DNA from: Hydrolagus colliei
Taxonomy: Eukaryota
Reading direction: 5' to 3'
Assembly: GCA_035084275.1 (NCBI GenBank)
Contig: CM068751.1
Coordinates: 7,254,001 to 7,318,000 of the forward strand
DNA: 64,000 nt
Shown one piece after another: positions 12,800-24,450 of the stretch. Position 1 is the first letter of the stretch, and every line of letters begins with the position of its first letter. Made by a program: the position numbers and the translations under genes. The notes beneath the pieces are model-generated. The model saw only the letters and a list, made by a program, of their open reading frames with translations. It ran no database searches and was not told where the DNA came from.

Positions 12800-12992
12800 G
12801 ACAAGGTGGTGGGAAACGTGATCGGAAACGACGTTCTAGGGAGAATATCAGATAGGTACTTGAAACGTAAACATTTGTGAGGGTAAACAGATAGAGTGGG
12901 GAGTGGGACTGATTGGGTAGCTCTTCCAAAGAGCTGGCACAGGCTATGATGGGCTGAATGACCTCCTTCTGTGCTGTAATATTCTATGAAAT
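12800..12992 (+). mobile_element. CR1 LINE 3' remnant
   Basis: 3' UTR-type end gctggcacaggctatgatgggctgaatgacctccttctgtgctgtaatattctatga, typical of CR1 termini (recalled consensus). Confidence 0.75.
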
Positions 12993-15377
12993 CCACATCC
13001 AATGTCAATGTGGGTTTTAATCTAAGTATTGCGGCAAAGCTGTTTTCCATTCTAGTTGTGCAGAGTTTCTGTACCAGCCTCGGACATTTTTCACCCAATC
13101 ATCTGGTTTGTAATGCTCAGCACTGTTAATACAGTCAATCCTCCGCCCAATTTCACCTGGAAATTTAGAAGCCAAATCGCTTCTGTGTAAAATGGGTTTT
13201 GTTCAGTGCTCGCTATTGATTTTGTTCAGGTTGAATCTCGGAATGAATGATTTGCTTGGGTTCGGGTACAAAGATTTGCAAATAGTTTTTTTTTTCTTCT
13301 CTCTTCTACCACCTCCACCTGTCCCCACCCCACCATGGTTCGTAGAAATACAGACCAAAGCTTAACAATTCTTGACAAATCAGTTGTGCAACTGTTAGAA
13401 TTTCATTGTAGCATCTCTTATGGTTCTGTAAATATTAATTTTGAGCGAATGGTGCATTGAAAACAATAGTACTTAGACCCGTGGCTGCAGGAGTATTTGA
13501 ATATTGTACTGTCCCATGTCTGCAACCTTGGCATTCTAATGTACCTTTAAGGCAATGTGATTCAATACAGACTTGCTGTCTTCTGTGAGTGTCCAGCTAA
13601 CGGCAAAATACTCGATCAAGAAAATATAATTCCTCAGCTGTGTATAATGACTGTTCCCACGTACACACAGCACTCACCAAAAGAATTTCAACTGAATATG
13701 TAAAATAAGAGTGACAGCAGAACGGATTTCAAAATATTATGAATTTAAAGAGTTGAGCAAACCTCAACCTATAAATTTATGTTGCATTAAATCTAACGAC
13801 TTCATTATGACAGGGTAGAGTGATTAATGCAAAACCTTGTGTTCCTGTTCTCTGGCTTCTTAAAAATATGGTTTGAAAGGCTCCCACAAAATCTCGCTCT
13901 ATGTAATTTGCATGATGATCAATAGAATCTATTGAATACAGGTTTGTGTTTGTTCATGTGCAACAGCGTTCAACACTGTACCATCGCAATCCAGTATTAA
14001 AATGATTAATAACCCACAGCAACAAAGATCCTCCACAAGCAAAACAAATTGCAGAAAAGATTTATTGAATTTTTGTCGCTCTAATAAACTTTCTATACCA
14101 TCTTTCAGTTGACTAGACTTTTACAGACTAATGTTCTCTGCTTGGCAGCCAGCCCAGGCTTTCTGATTATGGCTTATATTTCAAATTGATTATCTCTTTG
14201 ATTTACTTAAAGGATGCATAAAAGGTTTGAGATTAAGATGCGAGAGTTTTGCCCTAACAAAATCACGCACTATAGCATTAAGACAGACACCATATCCACA
14301 GAATTTGATTTAAATCTGCTTCTAATCTCATTTAACCTCGTACGTTCTGAAAGTGTTCTGCTGATGCAGGCAACCCATTGAAAATGGCATTGTTAGCAGT
14401 TTCCACATTACAGATGCTTTTAATGATGTAAAATTCTGTGATCTACTTCTTACTTACCAGGTAAGAATGAGATTTAACCATCTTATACTTGCAAGGTAAA
14501 ATAGGATATACTTTATTTACCTCCAAGGCACATGCAAAAATTATAATGATTTTGTAAATGATTAATGATATCTTAGTCTTTGGCTTTTAGGTTAGATTTT
14601 GTTTGCACGTTGTCAATGTAAATTTTGAAAAGTCGTGGAGAATCCATATTAGTGTACTTTTTAATGAATATTTCCTAAGGGCCTATAAGCTTGCCATGAA
14701 CCTTACTGGTAGTACAGAAGGATTAAGAAACCTCCGTTTTTGTTTCACGAACAAATCAAATCTTGTAAAATGTCACTCTTCCATTCATTCTTCAGACCAC
14801 TGGAAGAATTGATGAGGCTTACCACACGGTAATAGAGGGATGTTTTACTATTAAAATGAAGTGTTTCAGCACTAGTTTGTGGTCTTATTCACATTCCGCC
14901 TCCTTTCCCCTCGCCTCCTTTGACCTAATTCAGTCTCACTCACTCCTCGAGACAATAATTATTCCATTACATTTCTACGTGGCCCAAGGGGTTGGTCCAG
15001 GAAACAACTTGTTGGTGTATGTTGTTGCCATACATGATTTGATCTCTGTCAGCTTCTCTGAAGGGTTAAACCATGGTATAGCTGCACTGTACTATTGGTG
15101 CAGCTCTTTGTGGCATTGGCACCAATTGTTCTGGGGGAGAATAATACTGCTGATGCAAGCCGATCCTCTGCAGAATCAATGTAGATGAGCCCAACATCAT
15201 GAAGGCACAATATCAGCAGAGAACAATGGCAAGAATAAAAGCCGTGAGCTTCATTGTGTCGAATGGCCTCGCTGATTTCTTGTTTCGGCAGAGTGTTACC
15301 AACCGAGCCAGGCTGATAGTAAAGTGTCATGCACAAAATATTATTGTCATTGTGTCCATTATTTTGTGGACACAATG

Positions 15378-15438
15378 ACAATAACAACTTTGATTTATAT
15401 AGCGCCCTCCATGCCGAACGGCGTCTCAGAGCGCTTCA
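15378..15438 (-). mobile_element. Extreme 3' tip of L2 subfamily B
   Basis: caacaactttgatttatatagcgc...ggcgtctcagagcgcttca nearly identical to 11246-11303. Confidence 0.85.
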
Positions 15439-16513
15439 ATGTCTCTTCACTCAAGGGCAATTAACGATTGCAACAAGTTACCAAGATGAGTGGTGATGAT
15501 CAGAATGCTGGACCGATTTAGGAAGCAATTTGATGTCGTAATGGGAGGAGCGTACCAGAGGCATTCTGGAAGGATGAAATCATATGGGTCAAATGACCCA
15601 AAATGTGTGCACATGTGTGGAAAAAGAGCCATAAACTATAACTACTTGAACTGAGTTGCATAGCCTTGTTAAAGAACACATCTTGGCCAGAATTGTCACT
15701 AAGAGGGGTATTTGGTTAAAAATTGATTTATTGTTGTATTCTGGGCAAGAACTTGTATTGAGCTTCTTTGTAATCTCGGGGACCTGCGTAACCATTTCCA
15801 CAGCTGGAGACGTAGCAGTTGCCAATAACCCACAATAAAGCCCAGACAAATTGCAAACAATTTGCATAGTTGTCACACCGCTGTTAATGTCAGCAGAGAA
15901 CGATGGCAAGAATAAAAGCCGTGAGCTTCATTGTGTCGAACGGCCACCCTTGCCAAAAAAAAACGACTTTATTTCCATTGGAAATACTTTTCTCACATGC
16001 ACAAAGCACTGAAGTGCATATTTCTGATTTAACAGAAAAGGGTTGAACTATTATGTAAATGCCTTTGATCAGAATAATTTATGCCTGGCAGCACATGGTC
16101 AGTTTTTTTTCTTTTGCCCTCGAGTTCTGCCAAAACTCTGTCGGCAGCAAGCAAGATGGTTAGCTTCATTCTTGACCAAACTGCCAATGGTGGAAAATGT
16201 GCGCTGGGTTGACTTTTGCTTTGATAGTTTCATCATCGACAAGGGAAAAGTATCTTGTATCTAGTACTCAGCATCACCCATAGATGGCCTGGGCCATCAG
16301 GAACTCGACTTGCAGCCTGAACTGTTTGGCACAGTTTAACTGTACAAAAACTATTCAAGGCACTGGGAATGGAGACGCATGCTTAATTCATAAATGACCA
16401 GGAAAATGATGCCACAACAGCATGACTGAACCAAACAAAGGAGCACCCAGCATTAAAGAGCTGGGAGAATTCAGATTCATTTTCAAGGGATACTCGATAA
16501 TGCATTTGGTGAA

Positions 16514-16545
16514 GGCATGATCTGGTGTGGGCATGATCTGGTGTG
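16514..16545. repeat. Perfect 16-bp tandem duplication
   Basis: ggcatgatctggtgtg x2. Confidence 0.95.
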
Positions 16546-19500
16546 AAACTGAGCTACACAGAATCACAATGTTTCAGGTCTGATGCTTGATCTGTGCATC
16601 TCAGATTGAATATCTGTAACTCTCTGGGCTAAGGTAAGAGTTAAATCAGTCTTCTCCTGTCCAGTCCTACATGAACATTCTGCAGGGAAGCACTTCCACT
16701 CAAATAATTGACTATGGTGTGTGTGAATATCAGATTGTTTTCCTTCAGCATGGAATCAATCTATTATAATAACTTTCAGTGTTTGCTCCCTATTAATGTT
16801 CAGGTTAACCTGACACTAAATGTTCACTCTTGAAAGGCACGTGAACATTAACACTTGCAATCCATTCTAGAGGTCTTTGCCACAGTTTGTTTGCTTTACA
16901 GCAAACCGGAAGGTGTGATATTGACTGCGAAGATTTTTGTTTAAGTAAAGCAATCCGATTGTTTTCATTTTAAGCCTTTTGAGTAAACTTCAAATGGAAC
17001 ACGATCACACCCACATCAAAAGAAATCCATTCATACTTTGGTTCATTGCTAACGCAAAACAAACACATGAAAATCCCTTACAGGGTCCTTTGCTTGCAAC
17101 ATATGCCAAGAACTGATATGTCTTGTATGGAAATCAATGCATTATTATCATTTCAGCTTTGACCTGAGGTAAACTACAACACCAGAATGTGCTGATTAAA
17201 CTCAGGCATCTCCCAAATCATTATCTTGTAGTATGCAAGAGCAAGATATGGGATACATTGAGTGGAAGGTTTTAGTGGTAATGCAGAATTGACTCCTTTT
17301 AGATTCTGTTATCAGTACCAACAAGTGACTGGGAGGTCCGTTGCAATGTCAGAACACAGAAAATTTAATTTGATTTTTTTTTGTTTGTCCCTCTTGATGC
17401 ACAATTGGCATCTAATATTAGCTTCAAAAACGTTTGCACAAGACACAAACTAAATCTCCTTCTTACCTATTTCTTGTCCTGAATCTTAGGACAATTCTAC
17501 CATACTGCCAGATTCTTCCAGTTGTCAAAACATCTGCCTTCTAATCTGACTTGAGTGAGATTGCAATTCAGAAGCATTTTGTGCTAAATTCTAATTTGTT
17601 CTGTGTGCTTTGGGAACTATGACAAAACGAACGACAGCAACTTGCATTTATATCTTGCTCTTCACAGTGGCAGAGTCCGACAAAAATGTCCCCATATCAT
17701 TTTCTGTGGGACTCTTTCAAACCTCTAAGATGAAAGTGTGTCTTCTCTCAGATGGTGTGGTTTTAGTTCGAACCTTGGCCACATAGGTGAAAGGGCAGCA
17801 TGTGATGGAACTTCATCTTGTTTTAGACCTTCAAAAGTCGCGCTGTAACACCAACCAGACCCTTCAGTTTGCTGCAGTCTGGTTTTGTTTTAAGCTTGCA
17901 GAAGTGCCTATTTACTGTTGTTTTCTTTACGCTGAATAAGCATGTTTTGCTCCTTTGCATTTGTTGGAATTAATGTACAGAAACTGGTATACTAAATAAG
18001 AGTACTGTGTTGAGGTAATTCACTATCTCCAAATTTCACCATTGGATCTTGCTTTGTGTATACTTTCAACGATGACATTATTGAGAGTATTTGGGCAACA
18101 TTTCACCTGATCAAAATACTTATATGCAGGGAAACGTGTGACTTCTAACATCAATGATCAACCTCTTCATTCATTTGGAACTTAATTGCTAACTGTTTCT
18201 GATGCATTTGCATGGAAACTCATCCAACTGAGAATTGTGAGGTTATTTTAGTGATTACTCCTTTTGATCAAACTGTTGCTTAAATTCTGACTGTGTTGCA
18301 TACAATATAAATACTGACGTCCAGTAAAAAGTTTCCTTTGTCGATTGCGAAACCCTTAATGTGAGCCATCTTTCTAATTGCACGCTGCTAGGTGCCCGAC
18401 GGATTTCTTTACCATTTCCTTTGATTCCCATTGTTTTGTTTACATGGTATTTCCTCGTGTTAAGTGGGTATTATAGGAAAATGTCTGCCTCTGTCAGCAC
18501 TGAGCAACCCATCTTCATCAGCATTAAGTCTGTGCAACTGAATTGTGGTATATTAAAGTCCAGAAGTATTGGGACTTTAATTTAGTCAGGTTCTCTTGTT
18601 TCTGGTGTGTGTTTTTAACAAAGCTCCCTTTACATTGATTTGTTGTGAATACTCGCTCATGGCAAACTAATACGCTTTAACTGAAAGAGAGAAGACTTGC
18701 CCCTTAGGTCCCTTGTGGCAGCTCTCTGACCTCAGGATAACCATTTGATCAGCTGTATGATTGAGCAGTGGTAATAGAAATTATGTAAGTATTTCAAGTT
18801 GTAAACAGACATTTTAGCCTGCAGTTATGTTACTAACAATACTGCATGTTGGATATTTCCTGTTGAATCTTTCCATCATGGCTTGTGTTTTGCAAAGATG
18901 AATTAATCATGTTGTGCAATGGAAATCTACCGGAAAACTTCTCTGTTAGATAATGATATGTGACACAGACGTGACCCAATGAAAGATTCAGCGAGTCAAG
19001 TAAATTACTACAGGAACTCTAGCAGTGATCAGTTAGCATTCCATCTTTTCTCATTACTGCACAGGATGTGTAGAAGAAGAGATCTCACCTACTTCTTAAT
19101 GGTAGCAATTGGTGCCTATCACTCTTCTGCAATAGTGAGTAATGACTCATTGTAAGATTATGACTAGTTCCTGTTTGATATCTGACATAAAGCAGAGGTA
19201 CATACTTCAGTCAAACAGCCATAAGAGAAAATGACTTAAAATTGACTTGTCTCTGCTGGGAATTGACTCCATGTCATGTACACCTACAATGCTGCTTTTC
19301 CGTTCGAGCAGATAGTTAAGTGTCCCATGGGGTAAACTAATTAACGCTCACATTTATTTTTGTAAGTCTTTGACAGCTGCAAAGATTAGCTACTTGGAAG
19401 GCAATACATCTGAACAGTAGCAAAGTGATTAGTACTATCTAAAATGTACTCTAGATCAGTTCTGTGAGGAGTTAGATTATATGACTGAGGTTCATATGGT

Positions 19501-19580
19501 AATTAGTAAAACAAACCCATGAACATTATCAACAAATAGCATAACTAGCAAATGTCTGCAGCACCCAAACATCCTGTTTT

Positions 19581-19975
19581 ATAATCTTAATCTTTGCATT
19601 TGATAGCGCGCCTTATCACGCCATTAAGACGTCTTGGAGCGCTTCACGGAATATACAGTAAAAAGGATTGATTATATTTTGTGGGTGAAACTCGGCAGCA
19701 CAGCATTGTCCCACAGCCAGGGAGTGGGTGACCAACTTGGGGATTGTTGGCCAGGAAACCAGGAGAAACTTGATTCTCTTATCAAATAGTACCAAGGGCT
19801 CTTTAAAGTCCACCTTAACAGGTAGATGGAACCTCGGTTTAATGTTTCATCCAAAGGACAGCATCTCCAACAATACAACCCTCTACCCTCCCTCCTCCCT
19901 CCCCTCCCCACCTCAGCACTGCATTGAAATGTCACCTTAGACGATATGCTTCCAAGCCCCAATGTGGGACTTTGT
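19581..19975 (-). mobile_element. DeuSINE-type element retaining the long Deu core (AmnSINE1/SacSINE1-like)
   Basis: acctcggtttaatgtttcatccaaaggacagcatctccaacaat...cagcactgcattgaaatgtcaccttaga matches the recalled Deu-domain consensus and the copy at 55105-55302. Tail 19581-19715 resembles the young SINE. Confidence 0.8.
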
Positions 19976-21588
19976 ATCTTGTAAGATGGAAGACATATAG
20001 ACTTTAAATGAATAATAATCAATTCATTATTATTACTTTAATAAACTGGTTCAAGGGGAAGAGTGGGTGGGTCCCAAAGCAAGAACCAGCTGAGTATGAA
20101 ATCATGATGGCACAAATAGCAGAATTTAGGAATTGAGCAGTTTTTAACATTATCTGCTCACAAAGTGGGAGCATTTATAAGATTCGTAAAAGGATTTATA
20201 AATAGCAAATCCCAGGCATGTCACAGCTAACCCTCCAACATTGATTTCCCAGAAGTTAAAACTAAGATTGTTCAAGTCCGTTTCTTTACACTTCGATAGA
20301 AAAGATAGAAAATGAAATGCGTTGGAGGAAATTATTCTACTCATTTGATGATGTGAAGCTGACTGGCAACTTGATAATGGCAAGTTTTACACACCATGAT
20401 TCCATGTACCTTTCAATCAATCCACATTGATTTCTTTGACATGCCTGCAAAAAACATTTCATTGGAAGTCGTCCTCAAACGATCAAAGATGAGCAAATTG
20501 GACAGTGGCCAAATCAAAAGCTTGTCATTAAACCTTGACGTAAACTAATGGTCCTTTGGGTCTTGCCTTTCGAAATGAGCACTCTGGAATGAGACCCAGT
20601 CACCTGTTGTATGTTTCACTGACACTCTTATTGGCTGTGTCATGTAGCCTGTTGAAGGGATCCATTGGGACACAAGAGGGAACAAACTCACTGTTACCTG
20701 ATTCAACAGCAGAATCCAATCTATTTGCTGTGAATGTGACACATCAAGAGCCAGTCTGGGCTTAACCTAACCCAAAATCAATACCATCTGATGGTCTGCA
20801 ATGGCACAGATCCATCTTTCTTCTGTAGAAATTTATTTTGCATTCTTCCTGCAGAATACGAAAAAATCATTCTTTTTTGGAAAATTAAAAAGTTTGCTCT
20901 TTAATTTTTTTTAATTCCTCAGAATATAATGGAAATGGGGTTCTGAAACCTAACCTTAATCCGCTTTCTTCAATTAGTCGTAGAGGTCCTGAGGGAATGA
21001 TTTTAGGTCATTTTAACTCCAGTTTGTGTCAGTGGTGGATGCAAACAATAAAATATGAACATTTTTACAATGACAACAAAGTATTCAGTGTCGCCAACTA
21101 AATTGATAGAGAAGCTAATTGAATAGTTGGTCCAGGAAATTGAAAACAACATTGAGGAAAGTGCTGACATATTTTCAAGCTAACAGAGAAACTTCCCTCT
21201 GTCACTGATCCATCCTGTATCTGACCTGAGATCAAGATAATTAACATATAGTGATCCAAGGTTCCTCAATGGCTGTTTGTAAAGCATTGCATAGCGTGAA
21301 GCTCAGCAATAGGGACTTGGAAATTCATGGATTTGTTATCGTTATAAGTGATGTCAGTGACCTTTCCTGAAAAAGCACTTGCATAGACATTGGGTGCTGG
21401 CCAGTTTGGGCTCAGCCACAGTGATCTATTATCAAATCACCTGTTAACTCTTGACTATTCATGTATGAATAATGTGAGGGACAACGAGTGGAACCATATC
21501 TCAATGCTCAACAGAACAGAAGAAGAAAAGTCACCAAATATGGAATTCAGAAAGATAGTTTAATGTTTTTGTGTGTAATTGTGATTGT

Positions 21589-21680
21589 GCTCTGATAACT
21601 ATTCAAAGCCAAAATCTTAGCCTATCTTTCAGATGTTGACAGATCTGCTGTTCATTTCCTTCAATTTGTGTTTTCATTTT
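21589..21680 (+). mobile_element. Highly degenerate Penelope-type terminal-repeat fragment
   Basis: gctctgataa...aaaatcttagc...cagatgttgacagatctgctg...ttgtgttttcattt resembles the reverse complement of 21989-22083 and 55861-55996. Confidence 0.45.
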
Positions 21681-21988
21681 ACTGTTGCCACATGAAATTG
21701 TACAGTTGAAGTTGATCATTTAGCAAAATCTTGACCCTCATTTAAAACTGAACATTTTGTCTGATTTCAGGCACTGATTAGGATAAGAAAACTTGCCGTC
21801 TGAAGCTCCAATGGTATTTGTATGGAATCTTTTGTTGAGGTTGCTAAATTCAGTAGCCCTTTTTTACACACTGAGTTCACAGAAGGTTTTGCCTAACTTC
21901 AGTGGAAGTTTTGAATAAATCTATTCTAACCCAGTGGTTTAAATTTTTGTAGGGTTCTGAATATTACAAAGTGAGATCAATAATTGAG

Positions 21989-22083
21989 AAACAGAAATAG
22001 CTGGGCTCATCGAGTCAGGCAGCATCTATGAAGAAAGGAAACGTGAGTCAACATTTCGGGTCCATGATCCTTCGTCGGAACAG
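21989..22083 (-). mobile_element. Short Penelope-like (pLTR-derived) insertion with degenerate hammerhead motif and 12-bp TSD
   Basis: Flanked by perfect tcaataattgag at 21977-21988 and 22084-22095. Homologous to 55861-55996. Minus strand reads cCGACGA-a-ggatc-atg-gaccc-GAAA-tg-tt. Confidence 0.75.
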
Positions 22084-23799
22084 TCAATAATTGAGTCTGG
22101 GCTTAATCCCTGCTCTGTCACTCAATTTTGAGTATCTATTTTCTCTGCATGAGACAAGTCTCTTTGTAGGGAGTTGATTTAGATTGCGCCCAGAAGAATT
22201 GCAAGTTTCATCATTTTTTGTGTGTTAAATTCACACCCAACGTCGACCAATGGGCAATTAAAACTGCTCAGGCAAAGCAGGGGATTCATAAAATGGTGAA
22301 GTATATACCCATGATGTCCTGTGTTACTTGCATGGGGCCCACCATGCTTTAATAAGAGTCTATGTCTCCCAGGTATATATTCTTGCACACTTCATTTCTG
22401 TGAAGGCAATTCCGATAAAAGGTAAGGAGTGCAGATCCACCTGCTGCAGACAATCTCAACCTAGTTGGTAAAAATCCCTTGCACTTGGTTCTGAACAGAA
22501 TATAATTGGTCGTGTGCAAGCCGTGGTGATAATTGTGCTGTATATGGCTTTGACTTCAGTTCTCCCTGGAGATGCTAGAATTATGATTAAGAATGTTATA
22601 CTACCATGTAGTGGATATAGATTTCCCTGTAATTAACTGTGGATCCTCAATAAACCTGCAGTAATAATGTTACAATCATTTATCCCCTGAAATGAAGGTC
22701 CTCTTTACTCATCAACTGTATTCACTGAATGACGATGCTTACCCACACCCAGCACAAATAAGGACCAAACTGAACCAAATTGCAGATGGAAGAATTCAAT
22801 TTTTTTTAACAATATTTCCGATACCAGAGAGATTAATTTCAAATGCGAGGCCAAGAACAGACTGTTGAAACACGGGCTTGCGGTTGATCCTGTCCATGTT
22901 TGAATAGCCTGCTGCTGTTTTTAAACTGTGAAAGATTCTACATTGGGTTCCGAATCAAACCATTCACCGTGCTTTCCTAATGGAATTCTTGAATAAGGAC
23001 CCCAGTTTGTACAAAACGGGGACCCCTTTCAGTAACAGTAAGTGCATCTTTCTGACTTGCAGGAACTCCCCTCCCACACAATCCAGTTTCGGAGCAGAGT
23101 TCCCACAGATTGATGGAGATTCCTTTGAATCCTGCTTTTTACCTTTTTGAAAAAAATACCGAACATTAGATCCCATAATAATCAAACACCCAGTTCCTGC
23201 TTGTGATTATACCAAGACCATTTTTTTTATCATGCCATTGGAACCCATTTTCACATCTAGCTACATACGCTGAAATTGTGTGAGGGACAATACGTAAAAA
23301 AAGCAAGTCAATGTATAAATTTTTTGTGTTGGGTAAGGAACATTGGTAATGAAAATGACCCAGAATCATTTCTTGTTATCACACTCAATGATACCGTGTA
23401 ACCTCTGAAATTACATGCATTATTTATGTCTCCTTTATTAATAAAATATACAAACTGCCTCTCGATAGCACACTCATCAATCCAGTTTTGCATGGATCCC
23501 AAAGGGAATATAATAGAGAAGGGTTCTTGGTTTGCCACCACTATTAAATTAACTTTGCTCCATTTTGTTACTTAGCAAATAGGAGTGTCAAATGTTTGCA
23601 TAAGAGATTATTTCTCTTTCATCAATCATAATAATGCAATTAGCATGATTCATATAACAGTGCCTCCATAAAGGCCAACTTACGTCTGCACAATGTTTTA
23701 TTGTGTACAATTACTGTTGTGTAGAATTAGCATTATAGTATTAGAAAGCATGTGAGCACATACAGGTAATACTATTGATATCACAGAATTTGAAATGAG

Positions 23800-24008
23800 A
23801 TGGTGCAGTAGGATAGAACCGTTATTTTAACCTCGGTGTCCGAGTCTTGAATCGAGCAAAGACAGACAAGCTTAAAGTCTCCTGTTTGGTTCTAAGGGTT
23901 CTTGCCATGAAATGTGTGTGGGTGGTTTCTACCTGGTTTTGAATGACGACTCCACAGCAAACAATGTTCATAATTTGCCATTGGAGTGTGGGTCTCATTC
24001 AGAGAAGC
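23800..24008 (+). mobile_element. LF-SINE-like relic
   Basis: Weak colinear similarity to the recalled LF-SINE 5' half and to 47240-47435 (aaagtctcc...atgaaatg...ggtggt...ccacagcaaac...gtctcattcagagaag). Confidence 0.4.
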
Positions 24009-24059
24009 TATAATAATTGTGTTGATGGTGGTGATATTGTTACGGGTATAACTGGGCTA

Positions 24060-24450
24060 CTTTTCTGAAGGGAACATTCGATAAGCTTTTTGCCCCAGTT
24101 ACATTGTATTTTTCCAATTCCTCTTAGATCCTTACTCACAATATTCCAGCCATCATTCCCAGGTAGGAACCTACTTAGTAAAACTGTGAGAATGTCTGCA
24201 CAAATCTCTCTACTTTTGTACACCCTTTCTTGTGAGAAACATCTAGCCTCTTGGGTATGTTCCCTTGTGTTGGCATGAATGTGAGCTTTCCTCATGGCCA
24301 TGAACCTCTAACCTAGCAGTCCATTGGTGCAGTAAGATTTTACTCCAGTAGATTAAAAGGGAGTATTTCCTTCCCGGTCTTTCAGTTCTTGTAAATAGCT
24401 CTTGGCACCTACTTCTAAAGCATATTATTCATTAGAGTTGAAAAGCTGTA
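24060..24450 (-). mobile_element. Degenerate CR1 LINE 3' remnant
   Basis: Minus strand retains traces of CR1 ORF2 motifs (CFSQERV ~ FFTQRV; LFN ~ LFSL). Many stops and indels. Confidence 0.45.

Noticed and set aside
23045-23150. Acceptor-like site at 23062 with short open frames
   Set aside because: The frames I checked stop within about 30 codons, with no recognisable product.
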